From: Pseudovirgaria hyperparasitica
Taxonomy: Eukaryota
Direction: 5' to 3' (one strand)
Assembly: GCA_010093815.1 (NCBI GenBank)
Contig: ML996570.1
Length of the DNA stretch: 64,000 nucleotides
The translations under genes were made by a program, and so were the position numbers. Shown piece by piece: positions 11,521 to 23,879 of this stretch. Position 1 is the stretch's first letter. Each line of letters opens with the position of its first letter. The notes under the pieces were generated by a model. That model searched no databases and was not told the origin of the DNA. It saw only the letters and a list, made by a program, of their open reading frames with translations.

Positions 11521-11541
11521 TTTGTATTTTTCTGCGTTTTT
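11520..11541 (+). terminator. RNA polymerase III terminator T-tracts
   Basis: TTTTGTATTTTTTCTGCGTTTTTT immediately after the 5S 3' end. Confidence 0.75.
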
Positions 11542-11733
11542 TTGCATATCTGGACTTACCTGGAGTGTAATAAGGCGCATATATTATACACATACAGGTA
11601 GACTTACTTAACAAGCGCTTTAGCGAAGATTTATTTATTTCAGCGCATAAGAATACATTAAGGTGAGAGGGCTAGCTAGGTCACATCACTCCCGCAGACA
11701 TATACAATGCCCCCTGATTATCAATACCCGTTC

Positions 11734-14700
11734 TCAGACGTCTCTCATCCACACATCTCCATCACTGTCAACCCACAAGTCTCCTCTTCGACTGTATCGC
11801 GCTTGCGCTTGGGGTATCTCCAAGAACTCCAACTCATCGTCTTGCACGAGGCCATCATCAACGCTCAAAATTGTCGATACATTTCCGTCATAGCTGACCG
11901 CTCGCTCGTGCTGCAATTCCCCGACATCTGCCGACTCGTCGATAGCAGCGGCATGGTAAGATATTCCATAAGTGTTGGTGCCAGGGCTCGACTCAATGAC
12001 CCTTCCATCTCGTGTAATGGTCCTTTCCTCGACACTGGGACGCTGAGCACCAGTGCCCAGTTGCCAGGTGACAGTCCATCCATCTCGTCCGAAAGCCCAT
12101 ATGACAAGTCGGGGGTTGCTCTGCATTGCAAGTTCCACAAGGCCGGTGACCTTGCCGATCTCAGTACCTGGCAGATACAGCGGCCATGAGAATGTGTGGC
12201 TTCCCCGATCTGTAAAGTCAGTAGGCCAGTACGATAAGCGTTCGCGCAAGACACGAATCTTCCCTTCAATATCCGCGCCTCGTATCGATGCATTTCCACC
12301 TTCTACGTCACTCTCCAGCGATTGTTCCAGATTGGACAGCATCATGATATCCGGGGGGATTGTGTACAGGACGATTCGGTCATCGTAGCCGACAACAATG
12401 CGCGCTCCCCACGTGAGATCGTACGCCGTGGTGTAGATCTTGCGAATGGCCGCATGTTTCGGAGGAAGACAATATATCTTTCGTAACAACTTCTGCGGGC
12501 TACCGAGCGGAGCATCGCTCCCAAGGACCAGCATTCCCGACTGAGGATCTGTAAACATAATGTGGCGACCGTCGCTCAACGGTACAGCACGGAAGTGGTC
12601 ACAATTGAGCAAGTTGCTGGAGGGCGTATGTAATCTTCTACATGGCATCCAGAATATGCCCCTCGCCCTATCAGAAAGGAATCGTCGGACTATCGCCCGC
12701 TGTTGAGAAGGGTGGGCCGCGCTCGAGATCAGGCGCAGCTTTTTGGCAGAATCCACCCCTGACCGGGGCGGGAGAAAGTACAAGAAGTCACTCTCAGCCG
12801 TTAGGGGAAACCAACGACTGACATCCTGACCATTTACAGCATCAACCCAGTGCAGTTCGATCCCGGCGGCACATCCGAAAGCTACACATCTTCGCTGTGG
12901 ACAAATGGCCACGCTACGAGGAGGGTCATCTTCAGAACATAGATGTCTATAGATATTTCGAACTCCAGTCTCCACCGGGACAGTACGTGCGCTATCTTTC
13001 TCTCGGATGAAGCTGTAAGTGGCTTCAGGTGTACTATCGAGTCGCAAGTTCCAAGCTCGATTGATCATGTTCTGATCCCCTAGGGCCTCGTTCCCAATAT
13101 CATATAGTTCGATACTTTGCTGGTCACTCTCGACATTGATAGTATCAATGGGAACTAATTCAGTGTTTTCGATACACAAGGGTGTCGATTGCTGCGTGAG
13201 CAGCGGGAAATGACGAGGGCTTAGATATGATGAACCATTGTCTTGCGTGCGTGCTTCTGCTAGTGGTTTTGGGATACGTAATTCGCACACAATACCCATA
13301 CGACCATCTAGCAAGGCAGCAATAGCATACCTATCAGCGGAGGCATCCATACTGACAGCGAGAACCTTACGAGGGCAGACAACACTAGTTACCGGTTTGA
13401 GACCTCTGCCGTGTAGCTCGTACACATAGATCATGCCTCCCTCTCCAACCAAAGCGAACTTCCCACAGACGCTTGATGTGAAGATCAAGCCACCACTATG
13501 GCTAGTCTGTGGTGCTGCATACCCACTGGCAAGATCTGCGAAGTCCGTAGTAGCTGCAACAACCCAAGGCGAAGGATTCGATTTATTTTCCACGGACTTT
13601 GGTTCCTGGCCCCGGCTGAAGCCATTCCCTTTCCAATTGTGGCTAAGAGCGCACTCTCGGGCGAGAAGACAACTAAGGTTCCACTGGTTCCCTAGAAAGC
13701 TTCCGTCATGCGATGTAAGTACGTCCTTCATGCATAGTTTGTCTATGGCGCTTGCCCATCCGCCACGCTTCAAAGCAGACATAAGGAGGCTTTGATCCAG
13801 GCTGGCCAGCATCCAGGATCGGCACGCGTGGCGTGCCGAATTGAAATCCTGTGGCGACATGGACGAATATATTTGCTGCAGAATTTCGATTGGAAGAACC
13901 ACAGGCTCGGCGCGTGGTGAGAGACGGTGTTTGCGGCGAAGCCTATCCACTTGGTCTGATGGTTTGTGTTTTAAGTAGCTGCTGATATCAATGACGCTAT
14001 TCCTCTTTGGAATGGCAGTTTCACCGCTCCATAATTCAAATGAGGATCCAGCGAGAGAGTATGCAGGCGAAGCCGACAAGGAACGTGCCGCGGAGAGGGG
14101 CAGTAGTGATGATGAACTGAGGTTGATTATGGAAGCGGAGGCACCAGAAGTACTACCGCTGACCTGCGCAAAATCTGGTCCACTGAAAGTGAACGGTCGG
14201 TTTCCTAGAAGATCGATACTCCCTGACGAGCTCTGGTTGAGTGTGGGAATGATTCGATGTTGAGGTGTAGGTGTTTTAGTGTCCCGGTCAGAATGCGCTG
14301 AGCTAGCTCGACTGGAACTCTGTGAGGAGGAGGAACTCCCTGCTAACAGTGATGTAAAGAATTTAGGAAGAGTTACGCTTCGGCAATGGACTTCTAGAGG
14401 CCTCTTCCGTTGTACTCGACGACCAGATGATGGTACCAGGCCTAACGAGTGTCTCCATGATACTCGTGGAGTTTTTGGGCGACTTTTGCTGTAGCTGGGC
14501 CGAAGTGTACGGTGATCATCGAGGACACGTGTGTGATTTTCCACCTGCTCATACCACTGATCGCGAGAGAAGTCCAGTTGAGGGTCGTAGGTATCAGAGT
14601 CAGATTCAGCGAGTTGTGGAGACAATAGAGCGGTCCCTGAATATCCACTCTCGATGCTGCCAAAAGAATTGGCAGGTCTGGTTTTGTGGGATGATCTATG

Positions 14701-14808
14701 ATCTACAGGGGAGTAGCACCTAATCGACGGTATCGAAAGGCTAGAATGTAACGATGTTCTGCTTGAGGCTGGACTAGGGAGGATAGAGTGCTCGAGATTT
14801 GGTGACAT
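11734..14808 (-). CDS. F-box domain protein (1024 aa, single exon)
   Basis: Long ORF; LPIEILQQIYSSMSPQDFNSARHACRSW is F-box-like; S-rich N-terminus and beta-rich C-terminal region (PRSVAICPQRRCVAFGC). Confidence 0.85.
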   Translation of the reverse strand: MSPNLEHSILPSPASSRTSLHSSLSIPSIRCYSPVDHRSSHKTRPANSFGSIESGYSGTALLSPQLAESDSDTYDPQLDFSRDQWYEQVENHTRVLDDHRTLRPSYSKSRPKTPRVSWRHSLGLVPSSGRRVQRKRPLEVHCRSVTLPKFFTSLLAGSSSSSQSSSRASSAHSDRDTKTPTPQHRIIPTLNQSSSGSIDLLGNRPFTFSGPDFAQVSGSTSGASASIINLSSSSLLPLSAARSLSASPAYSLAGSSFELWSGETAIPKRNSVIDISSYLKHKPSDQVDRLRRKHRLSPRAEPVVLPIEILQQIYSSMSPQDFNSARHACRSWMLASLDQSLLMSALKRGGWASAIDKLCMKDVLTSHDGSFLGNQWNLSCLLARECALSHNWKGNGFSRGQEPKSVENKSNPSPWVVAATTDFADLASGYAAPQTSHSGGLIFTSSVCGKFALVGEGGMIYVYELHGRGLKPVTSVVCPRKVLAVSMDASADRYAIAALLDGRMGIVCELRIPKPLAEARTQDNGSSYLSPRHFPLLTQQSTPLCIENTELVPIDTINVESDQQSIELYDIGNEALGDQNMINRAWNLRLDSTPEATYSFIREKDSARTVPVETGVRNIYRHLCSEDDPPRSVAICPQRRCVAFGCAAGIELHWVDAVNGQDVSRWFPLTAESDFLYFLPPRSGVDSAKKLRLISSAAHPSQQRAIVRRFLSDRARGIFWMPCRRLHTPSSNLLNCDHFRAVPLSDGRHIMFTDPQSGMLVLGSDAPLGSPQKLLRKIYCLPPKHAAIRKIYTTAYDLTWGARIVVGYDDRIVLYTIPPDIMMLSNLEQSLESDVEGGNASIRGADIEGKIRVLRERLSYWPTDFTDRGSHTFSWPLYLPGTEIGKVTGLVELAMQSNPRLVIWAFGRDGWTVTWQLGTGAQRPSVEERTITRDGRVIESSPGTNTYGISYHAAAIDESADVGELQHERAVSYDGNVSTILSVDDGLVQDDELEFLEIPQAQARYSRRGDLWVDSDGDVWMRDV

Positions 14809-15186
14809 AGGGTTGGACTCGGATCGTGGCTTGGCGACGCCTCGAGAAAGATATATTTGCGACGACGTTATGTCGACTGCCTCCGTCTGGAGGTATTTCG
14901 CTCAGTTTGTCTTCGGTGGTTGACAGGGAATGTATATAAATATAGGATGCAATTATAGACAGGTTGCGTACGGAATGATGCTCGCTTAGGGAAACAAGAT
15001 GAGCCCGGATTATAAGTAGAGAGATATTACATAGAGCATGCGCTTTAGATCCGGTGTGTGTTGCTCTTTTCTATACGTAAGAGGGAAAGCGCACCCTGTT
15101 ATGGACCCTCGTAGCAAATTAGGAAAGGTAGAGCCTCGCTATGCAGAAAGAAGATAGATAAAAAAATTCGGGTATCATGATGCAGT

Positions 15187-17893
15187 TCAGTTATCGACGC
15201 CGTTAGAGATGCCTGAAAAATCTCCAAAAACCCTTGCTGTTTTGTCCGCAATCCATACATCGTCAAGCCTAAAATTCGTTAGCAATAATGTCTCATTTCA
15301 ATGACATGCCCAGAACGTACGGCATGATGAGACTGGGATTGATAAATTTGAGTCCCTTCTCGCGTGCTTCATCGACGGTTTGGCTCCCGCCTGTAAGCAC
15401 CGTTTCAAGGCCAGGAAGGTGCTCAGATTCTCGAGTGTCACGCCCGACAGAGGGTGTGATCGAATCTTTGAGACTCTTCAGTGCTATGAAGCGCATCAAT
15501 GGTTGATATGTGCGGTTGTAGAGGTACATGAACCAGAGCGTTGCAAAGATTAGAGGAACGATACACACAGAGCGCTTCCATGCCTGGCGCAAAGCAAGTT
15601 GTCCAGCCATGGTGATTTGGAACACAAGTACTCCTACCATGGCTCTGTCGCAGATTAAGATCCACCCTCGGCCTGTAGAGTGCTGACGATGATCCATTGC
15701 GTATAGTAGCTGGTACTTGTGGACAAAATGACCGATGGTGAAATATACAAGCCCAGCTAATAGAACCATCCAGGATGACCGCAGCACGCTGTAAACTACA
15801 CATATGATGAATATGAGAATGGTTTGCGGGAGGTAGAAGCCATAGCTGAAAACGGGAGGCTGAACTAGTTCAGCGTAGTCTAAAAATGATTAGTGGGTGT
15901 TATTATCGTCGCCACTACAAGCAGGCTTGCACATACCTCGAGGAGTTTTCGCGCCCATAAGACTGATGGGATAGGTAGCAACGGCGCCAAACTCGAGTAT
16001 CCGAAATGGAAACAGTCCAAGCCCTTGTAATATTATAAAATTGGTGTAGAAATTCAAGAGCTTTCTCAGAGAGTCCGCAATCAGTCGAGCTATCTCTGTG
16101 CCCTTCCTGAGCTGGTCTCCGAAGCGCTGAAGGAAGTCAATCAAACCAGACGCCGTACCTAGAAGGGTGAAGACGATGAAGAAATTGAAGAAAAGGAAGA
16201 AGAAATTCTTAGAGATGAGAGATAGTTCGACATCGCCCTGAGAGATCATGCCTTGCATGTTTGAGAGCCAGTCATATAGATATGGTACCAGCACGTTGAG
16301 AAGCGACAGGAATAGGGTTGGCAGCTGTGTATTGACGATCGAGGACAGATACTCATGCTCGGTCAATATTTTAGCCAGCTGAGGCCAAACTGCTTTGATG
16401 GAACAGGTATTTAGGGATCCAGCGATCGGCACAAGGATACCTATCCAGAATACAGTCAGAAGGCCAATGATGCCAGTGATAGACCATGCTCTAGTCATGC
16501 GCTTAGAGCGTGGTAGATACGTATTTTGCCAGACCACATCAGAAGGCGCCGGACTAGTATTTGCTGTGAATCGCAGTGGTGCGGGATCCAGCACGGCTTG
16601 CACAGCCATTTGGCAACTGGCAACGCTATCCATGGTGACAAAGGCCAGAGGGGTCGCCTCAAATTCCTTCTTCCGCAAGTCTCGAATCTCCTCGTCAAGC
16701 CTATGTAAGGTCTGCTCGTAGTAATCGATAGCGTCCACGTTCCGGTAGCGCAATTTCAAGGGTCGCCCGTACCATATCTTTGCCAGTGGACGCGTACGTC
16801 CATAAGGCACGGCACGGGAATTTCGTGGTACCGAGTCGTGCAAGAGATGACTGTGCTCTCCATCTTCCTGAACTTCGATGCTTGGACCGGGCGGAGGAGG
16901 TTGTGATATGGGTAACGTTTCGAGGTTACGCTCAATTCTGCGATGACCCAAGTAGACTGTCCAAGCCTCCTCAAGTCGTCGCAACGTGCTCATCCGTTCA
17001 ATCATTGTCTTGTCAAGCTCTTTCCAGTTCTTGCATAGCGTAACGCTTTCTACCTGTCCAATTTCTAGGTTCTCGATGAACTCCTTGATCTTTGCTTCGC
17101 TTCTATACTCAGGGGGTATGCCAGACAAGCGGATTGTACGATCGGTGATCGTCGTTTGGCTGCCTAGGTATTTCTGACGTATATCGATTATCTTTCGGGT
17201 CTCAGCAACGATCAGCCACATTGCCAAAACCGTGAACCCATATGCGAAGACCAAATACATCCACAAGTAGTCGCTGGTGTATTCTCCTGTGTAGCTGTCA
17301 AGAGTGTGGAAATATCCTTCACCACGTCGATGTAGCCCGGTGTGTTCGATCGAGTTGTTGTTACCAGTCTCATTCTTCTTAGGTGGATGGTCCTCATCCG
17401 GATTGACGTCGTGCACCGGTTTAATGACTGCAACGGCGAAGAAGAGTGTGATTACTAGGAACTTGATGGCCATCTTAAAGAAAGCCAGGAACTAGAAACC
17501 TCGTCAGCGAAAGGCAAGTATCGGAGTCATAGCTTGAAACGCACAACGTATGCATCTAGACCTGCAGAAGCAAGAACTTCCTCCTCTGTGATCCTCCACA
17601 GCGCGGGTATCCATCCGAAGAGAGAATCCGGGAGTTCTGGGAGGGACGTTGCTTGGTCGTTTTGTTTCTTTCGCGCCGCGTATAAAGTTTTCCACCTCGG
17701 TCGCATGACCTAGAAAGATAGTTAGTTTACTGCGTATATGATCACACAAATTCACTGGTACACTTACGCAGAAGGAAAGGAATGCCGTGAACCCTAGAGC
17801 CAAAGAGAGAATGATTTGTATAGTAGCATCGCGAGGTTTCTTGGTCCCCCAAAGGTCTTGGTCGGGATCCACATCCTTACAGATATCATGCAT
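15187..17893 (-). CDS. CSC1/OSCA/TMEM63 (DUF221) calcium-permeable stress-gated cation channel (5 exons)
   Basis: IQIILSLALGFTAFLSFC, LYAARKK..FGWIPALWRITEEEVLASAGLDAY, TDRTIRLSGIP, AFVTMDSV, APSDVVWQN, KYQLLYAMDHRQHSTG. Start taken at the ATG of MHDICK (17893) and is uncertain. Confidence 0.92.
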
Positions 17894-18317
17894 AATGCGT
17901 CTCTTGTAGAATCGTCTCCGGTTGCATCTGGAGATATTGGTATACTTGGGCCGTAAATATTGTCGCGATGAGTGATGTGCGGCGCGTCCAGTGGTGACGA
18001 TTCCGTACTTGGACTGTTCCAATAAGGGTCAATGTGATAAGGAGCCCACCAACTCCGCAAATTCAAGGACTCTGAAGCCAGCAACGTCACCATAGTGTCA
18101 GGAGAAAGGCGCTGTACTACATACTTAGACCTCGTCAGAATTCATATATGTACGTAGTTGCTGCTTCGAACTATCAAAGTGTGTAATCACAAGGTGTGGC
18201 TCACAATATTGATGATATCACTCCTCGGTGAACGCTCCGTAGTAGAGTGAAACTACGCCCAACTGGCTGAGCACAATCTTACTTTGATGCTCGTCACTAC
18301 TCGTTCTCACGCCAATC

Positions 18318-19909
18318 ATGTCGACAAATGAGACATCGTTCAAGCCTGCGTTGCATGTTGAATGCCGTATGCGAGATACCGATGGCTTTGTCAGACCTGA
18401 TCGGGTCCGTTCGAGGCAAATCCAGATGTTAAGATGAACAGCACCAAACTAATACGCAACACCATATAGGTCCGTGAGGAAGTCACCGAATGGATATGTG
18501 AGAATTTTATCAGTCTGAGAATCGATCAGAGGCTTGAAAACTATGGTCAGCAAGTGCAGTGAGTTCATCTTCAACTCATTGACATGACTGCAGAGGAACT
18601 GAATCACGGCGGCGCCATCCAGTCAATAAGCGTTGTTGGCTTTTCTGGTGTACAGGAGGATTCCTTATTCCATCGACTTGCCGACGTCCAACTCGACGTC
18701 CAAGCTTACATGCTTCATCCATATGTGGTTGATGACCATGTCAGTGAAGTAAGACCAGGACAGCAACATGACGACGAGCTAAAACCCAAGACACGCACCA
18801 TGCCTCTGCCAAGCGCAAATATACACGGTTTATGGGAATCGTAAGTCATGTAGGTGTGAACAAAAAATCATACTAAACTTCGTAGACTAATATACGAGTC
18901 GGATTTTCCTAACAAACTTCTTAGGTTCACAACAAGAATGGGTATTGTAATATATTGGCTGAACTGCATTCGCGAGCTGACTAGCAAAGTATCAATGACG
19001 AAAAGCCAGCGATTGGACCCAAACATTGTCAGCTGGAATCACTTGGTTCTGCTTTACGGTCCACCCGGGACGGGGAAGAGTTCTTTGTCACGGGCTCTTG
19101 CGCACAAGCTCACCATTCGCCTGGGAAAGTACTTCTTACGCGGGAAACTCGTTGAGGTCGATCCGCAGTCTCTGTTCAGCAGGTACTTTGGTGAGAGTGG
19201 ACAGCTCGTGGCGCAAATCTTTGAACAGATCAACGCAATGGCTGACGATGAGGCTTGCCTTATCTGCGTAGTCATCGATGAAGTCGAAACATTGACCAGC
19301 CCTCGCGAGAGAGCTGCCACGGGAAACGAATGTGGTGATGCATTGCGTGCGACAAATCAGCTACTCACCTGCATTGACGCCCTGCGTCACCGCCCAAACA
19401 TTGTACTCTTCTGTACTAGCAACATGTTGCAAGCAATCGATTCAGCCTTTGTGGACCGCATTGACATCAAGCAGCTTGTTCCTAATCCATGTCCAAGAGC
19501 AATCTACGAAATCTTTCGCACTTGCATAAACGAGCTCCTCCGCACGGGAGTTCTTGTACCCAGTAAGAGTAATAACGAGGACCCGAACCTTAATATGAGG
19601 CCAGAATCTCCACTAAGCCAGTCTGTACATGATTTTGTTTTAATTGAACCTATCTCGATTCCAAGATTCGCGGAGATGGAAATTCGCCTTTACGACCAGC
19701 CGCATGCTCCAGCACGAAAGTTATGGATAATATCGCAAAAGGCAGATGGGCTGAGCGGTCGCACACTACGAAAGCTTCCCTTCCTGGCTCTCGCTCTCTA
19801 TACCTTCACCGAGCCAAGTACGATCCATGAAGGTCTCTATGCACTATCTCTAGCCGTTGAACATGAACTTCGCGCCTACAATCCCCACGACACTGACTTG
19901 AGTGACTGA
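18318..19909 (+). CDS. PCH2: Pachytene checkpoint AAA+ ATPase Pch2/TRIP13 (5 exons)
   Basis: GLWES|LIYE, VSWNHLVLLYGPPGTGKSSLSRALAHKLTIRL (Walker A), SLFSRYFGESGQLV, VVIDEVETL (Walker B), DALRATNQLLT, IDSAFVDRIDIKQ. Confidence 0.93.
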
Positions 19910-20137
19910 AATCAACGAACAAGAAGCAGGACCATGTGCGGGTCATATTATGATCTCGTATCGAAGAGATACGTGCGTACATCTGGTCCAAAACACAGAT
20001 ATCGGAACCTCGCTATCATAATCGAACTATTAGTCACAGTTGTTCCCCATTGGGACTGAATGTACCAACGTGTTACACAGGACCGAAAAGAACGCAGGCA
20101 TAACAAGGATTTAAGGGTTTTGACCATGTATAGTGTT

Positions 20138-21349
20138 TCATTGCACGAGTCGAGCAGCCCTTCCTACGCTGCGCGTCTCGAAGAGTTCTATCAGACCCGC
20201 TCCAACACATTCTTCTAAGATCCATTCGAAACATAGACCATTAAAGCTTTTCCACTTCTTGGTCCTGGCTGGCAACACGCCTGTGAATTCACCTCTCATT
20301 TTCTTTGCTGATCCAGGGGCATCGGCTGTGCCGCCATCCCATCGCTCACGCAACATGTCCAAAGGGGCTTCTTTATACTTCGAAGTCTTCGAGATGAGCG
20401 ATAAGAGGTGTGTACGGGCTTCTACGATGAGTTTCAATAGTGGACCAGTATTGGGTAGCGCGTAATTGTATTGTGCGCTCCGTGACGCGTTCGAAGAGCT
20501 TTTTTGAACGACACCGCTTGCACTGCCTCCACTGCTCACGAAGGCACCAGATCCACCTACAGCCTCTACTGCACCTGATGCTGATTTATGTCCTACGGAT
20601 GATAATGAGGTCAATGTACTGAAGGTTCCTGTTCCTGGGCGGAAGTATGTATCCATGATGGTTGATCTGCTTTGTGTCGATGACGTTAGAAAGCCAGTAG
20701 ACGTCAGCGCCGACGCTTCACTGGGACTCAAAGAAGTTGCAGAGATACTGAGCGACGTGGAATTTGTTCTCAGAAGGCTGATGTACTTCTCTTGTATGTC
20801 CGTTGCGAGATGTGGATCTCCCCGAACACGCTTTTCCCACTGCGGGACTAACACGAGGCCTTCGCCTACATTGGACGCTCCTGCACCACGGTTTGGGACG
20901 ATAAGCTTTCGCACAATACCTGCTTGCGATAGCTCAGCGATCTCACGATCAGCGCGTGTGATTGACCGTGAGAGTGCGTGTATATGTGCTATTGTGACTA
21001 TGGGTGGGAGGTTCTTCCTGTAATTTAGGACTTCCGCTATTCGCGTCGAGTTCATGCCGGATCCTCTTTCTGGTATCTCATCGAACATGCGCCGATGGAT
21101 ATTCTCTGTGAATTGTGCGACATCTCGCAGACTTAGATCGGATGCCAGTGAGGCAATCACCCCTGTATCATCAAGTGGGTCCTCGAATATGTCATCGCCC
21201 TCGTCACGCTTGGTAGAAAGCTTAGACGACTGCTTTGGTAATGAAGGCTTGCGACGGCGGGCCGAGGAGAACGGTGAAGATGAGGAGCGGCGTAGGATAG
21301 AGGAGCGCTTTTTCTTGACTTTGGAAGACTGCGCACCTGTGACGAGCAT
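20138..21349 (-). CDS. STK19-family protein
   Basis: 403-aa ORF; DREIAELSQAGIVRKL, LPNTGPLLKL, LRERWDGG, FEWILEECVGAGLIELFETRSVG resemble the Stk19 family; no kinase motifs are visible. Confidence 0.8.
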   Translation of the reverse strand: MLVTGAQSSKVKKKRSSILRRSSSSPFSSARRRKPSLPKQSSKLSTKRDEGDDIFEDPLDDTGVIASLASDLSLRDVAQFTENIHRRMFDEIPERGSGMNSTRIAEVLNYRKNLPPIVTIAHIHALSRSITRADREIAELSQAGIVRKLIVPNRGAGASNVGEGLVLVPQWEKRVRGDPHLATDIQEKYISLLRTNSTSLSISATSLSPSEASALTSTGFLTSSTQSRSTIMDTYFRPGTGTFSTLTSLSSVGHKSASGAVEAVGGSGAFVSSGGSASGVVQKSSSNASRSAQYNYALPNTGPLLKLIVEARTHLLSLISKTSKYKEAPLDMLRERWDGGTADAPGSAKKMRGEFTGVLPARTKKWKSFNGLCFEWILEECVGAGLIELFETRSVGRAARLVQ

Positions 21350-21643
21350 CCTTGGGTACAGATGGGAGCGTATGTTGGGTGGCGAAATCTAGGTGGTTGC
21401 TTGCCAGTACTTTACATAGGATTCGACCTTGGAAGGTAAACATGGGAGCTTATTTATTATTCAGGCTGCCAGGCAGTTAAACCACGTTACCCTACTTGGA
21501 TAGCGCGCCGGCCTACTGGGCTCCGGCCGGACCTCCCAAACTTTGAAAGGTCCGCCAGTGGAGGTAACGGGAATCTTCATAGCTCCGCAACCAGCAGCAA
21601 AGTTTCACGATACTTGATCAATTTCCATAACAAATTGTTCAAC

Positions 21644-22349
21644 ATGGCGGCTGCGATAAAAGCTCTGAACGCAAAGATACGGTCTAATCCGGTCTCTAAC
21701 TACCTATGCTCCACTCGTAAGTCTTCCCAACACTCTCAGAGAGTCGTGTGAGCTCCGATTCCCCGAGCTCGTACAAGCCGTTATGAAGCCTGCGATCTCA
21801 CTGTCGAGGCAATTGGAACATATCACTGACTGTATGTCGTGTAGACTTCTGGGGCCCTGCCTCAAACTTTGGTATTCCTATCGCCGCAGTTATGGATACG
21901 CAAAAAGACCCTGAATAGTAAGCTCCGGACGACAACTACACCAAAAGAGCTGTGCTAAATGTGCAACGCAGTATCTCGGGACCTATGACCGTCGCTTTGA
22001 TGGGATACTCTGCTGTCTTCATGCGCTATGCTCTCGCAGTTACCCCAAGGAATTACCTCCTCTTCGGCTGCCATGTCGTCAACTTCAGCGCACAAACGAC
22101 GCAGGGATACAGATATGCGAACTGGTGGAAGTAAGATTTAGAATCCAGTCTAGAAGGCTTGACTAATCAATGACCAGCTTTGGCGGACGGGAAAAGGCTA
22201 TGGAGGAGAGGGCAAAGAGCGGCATTGATGCCGCCGTGAACACTGCGAAGGAGACTGCAAGCGATGCCTCTGCAAAGATCAAGGGTGCTGCGAATGACGC
22301 CAGTGCTAAGGCACATGAGGCTGTTGATAAGATTGTAGGGAAGAAATAA
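21644..22349 (+). CDS. MPC1: Mitochondrial pyruvate carrier subunit 1 (4 exons)
   Basis: [83 protein letters not shown]. Confidence 0.95.
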
Positions 22350-23879
22350 GTGTGGATTATATAGACTTAGGACAGGGAAATCCTCAACTGAACTCATCTA
22401 TCTCACATCTTATAACGGTATAAGGACACATTCACTATCGTCTTTCAATCAGTTTTTGTCGTTCTTCTTCCCATTTTGACCTACTCAGACGTGTTGACTC
22501 ATATAGGGTTTTACACCCCTTTAGGCTGCTGTTATCGAACAGCCGATCAATCAACACGGCGGTAAGTCTACATAAACACACTTAACGTATGGGATATGCG
22601 CGTCAGACATTCGGCAAATCGTATACAAGGTCTATTACACCCTCAGCGAGTTAAATTCATTCACGACAACATCAATCCGCGTGGATCTCGCTGAATCGAT
22701 TCCGCCCTCCGACCCATGGTTTTTCAAAGCAGCGGTCAAGAGGATTTCCGCAAATTCCGAGGGATCATATGAGGTAGTTATGAAGTAACCACAGCAATAG
22801 AACTTCTGACTATCCGTCCCATCTTCTTGATCTACTCAGTCTCATTAACGAGCACATGATCACCTGAAACTCATGCCACCCGTCCCAGTCAAAGACATTC
22901 CCGATACAGAACATCCTACGCCATCTGGAACTTCAATTCGGGGGTAATCACCGCATCACAACGCACTTCAAGCATCTCTCCCCCTCCCCCCCCCGGGCAT
23001 CAAAGAAGCATCCTCTACACCACGCATTCTCCGATTCCCGCTGCTAGGTAATGACTAACTCTCAATATTCCCATAACAACAATGGACAACCCCTGAAGCG
23101 TCCACAGAGCGTATATGGTGGTCACCACAACATCACACTATCAGACCATACTCGCTCTGATCGTGTTTATAAAGACGAGCATATTCGAAAGGCCAGTCAA
23201 CATGCTCCATCCAAATTTGAATCTCGCATAGTACTTATGTAATGAACGAGCGTAAGCATACATCTAGCAACACGACGAAGGATTTGAGTGAGATGACTTA
23301 AGGTCTCCAGGAATCGACCGAGGGGAAAAGAGACGCTGCTTGTGATTCGAGTCGTTATCTAACCGAACACACGCGGGTGCTAATGTGACTTCAGGCGGAG
23401 CGTCGGAAGCTGGTTGGCCATCTCATCGCTGTTCTCCGTGATGCCCACAAGCTGCAGATCATGTATCTACTCGTTATGCCAGCTAGGAAACGTCGACACG
23501 AGAGCAGTGTTTGGGGAAATAGAGGGAGAGAGGCGGAAAGACAGTCACATAGCCCTTCCAGTTAAGTGGGCGACCAGAGGACGGTAGGGCAATGCTACTA
23601 CGATGGTGGTAACTATATACTTAGTCTATGTCTCTTATATGTAAGGACATAATTCTTAACATAGCCACAAGCAAGTCTTATTGGTGTTAGACCAGTGGTT
23701 GATCTGTGCCCGATACCTGCAAATATTCGGGCCATTTGATTTTCGATTCATATCATGTCATATGAAGACCAAACTCCTGATATCCTGTGACATGTAAACA
23801 CATACGCTATGCTACCGAGTCGTACAAACAAGATCCAGGTAATTAGAGAGCGGCAAAATCTATGAGCGGCTGTTTGGGG

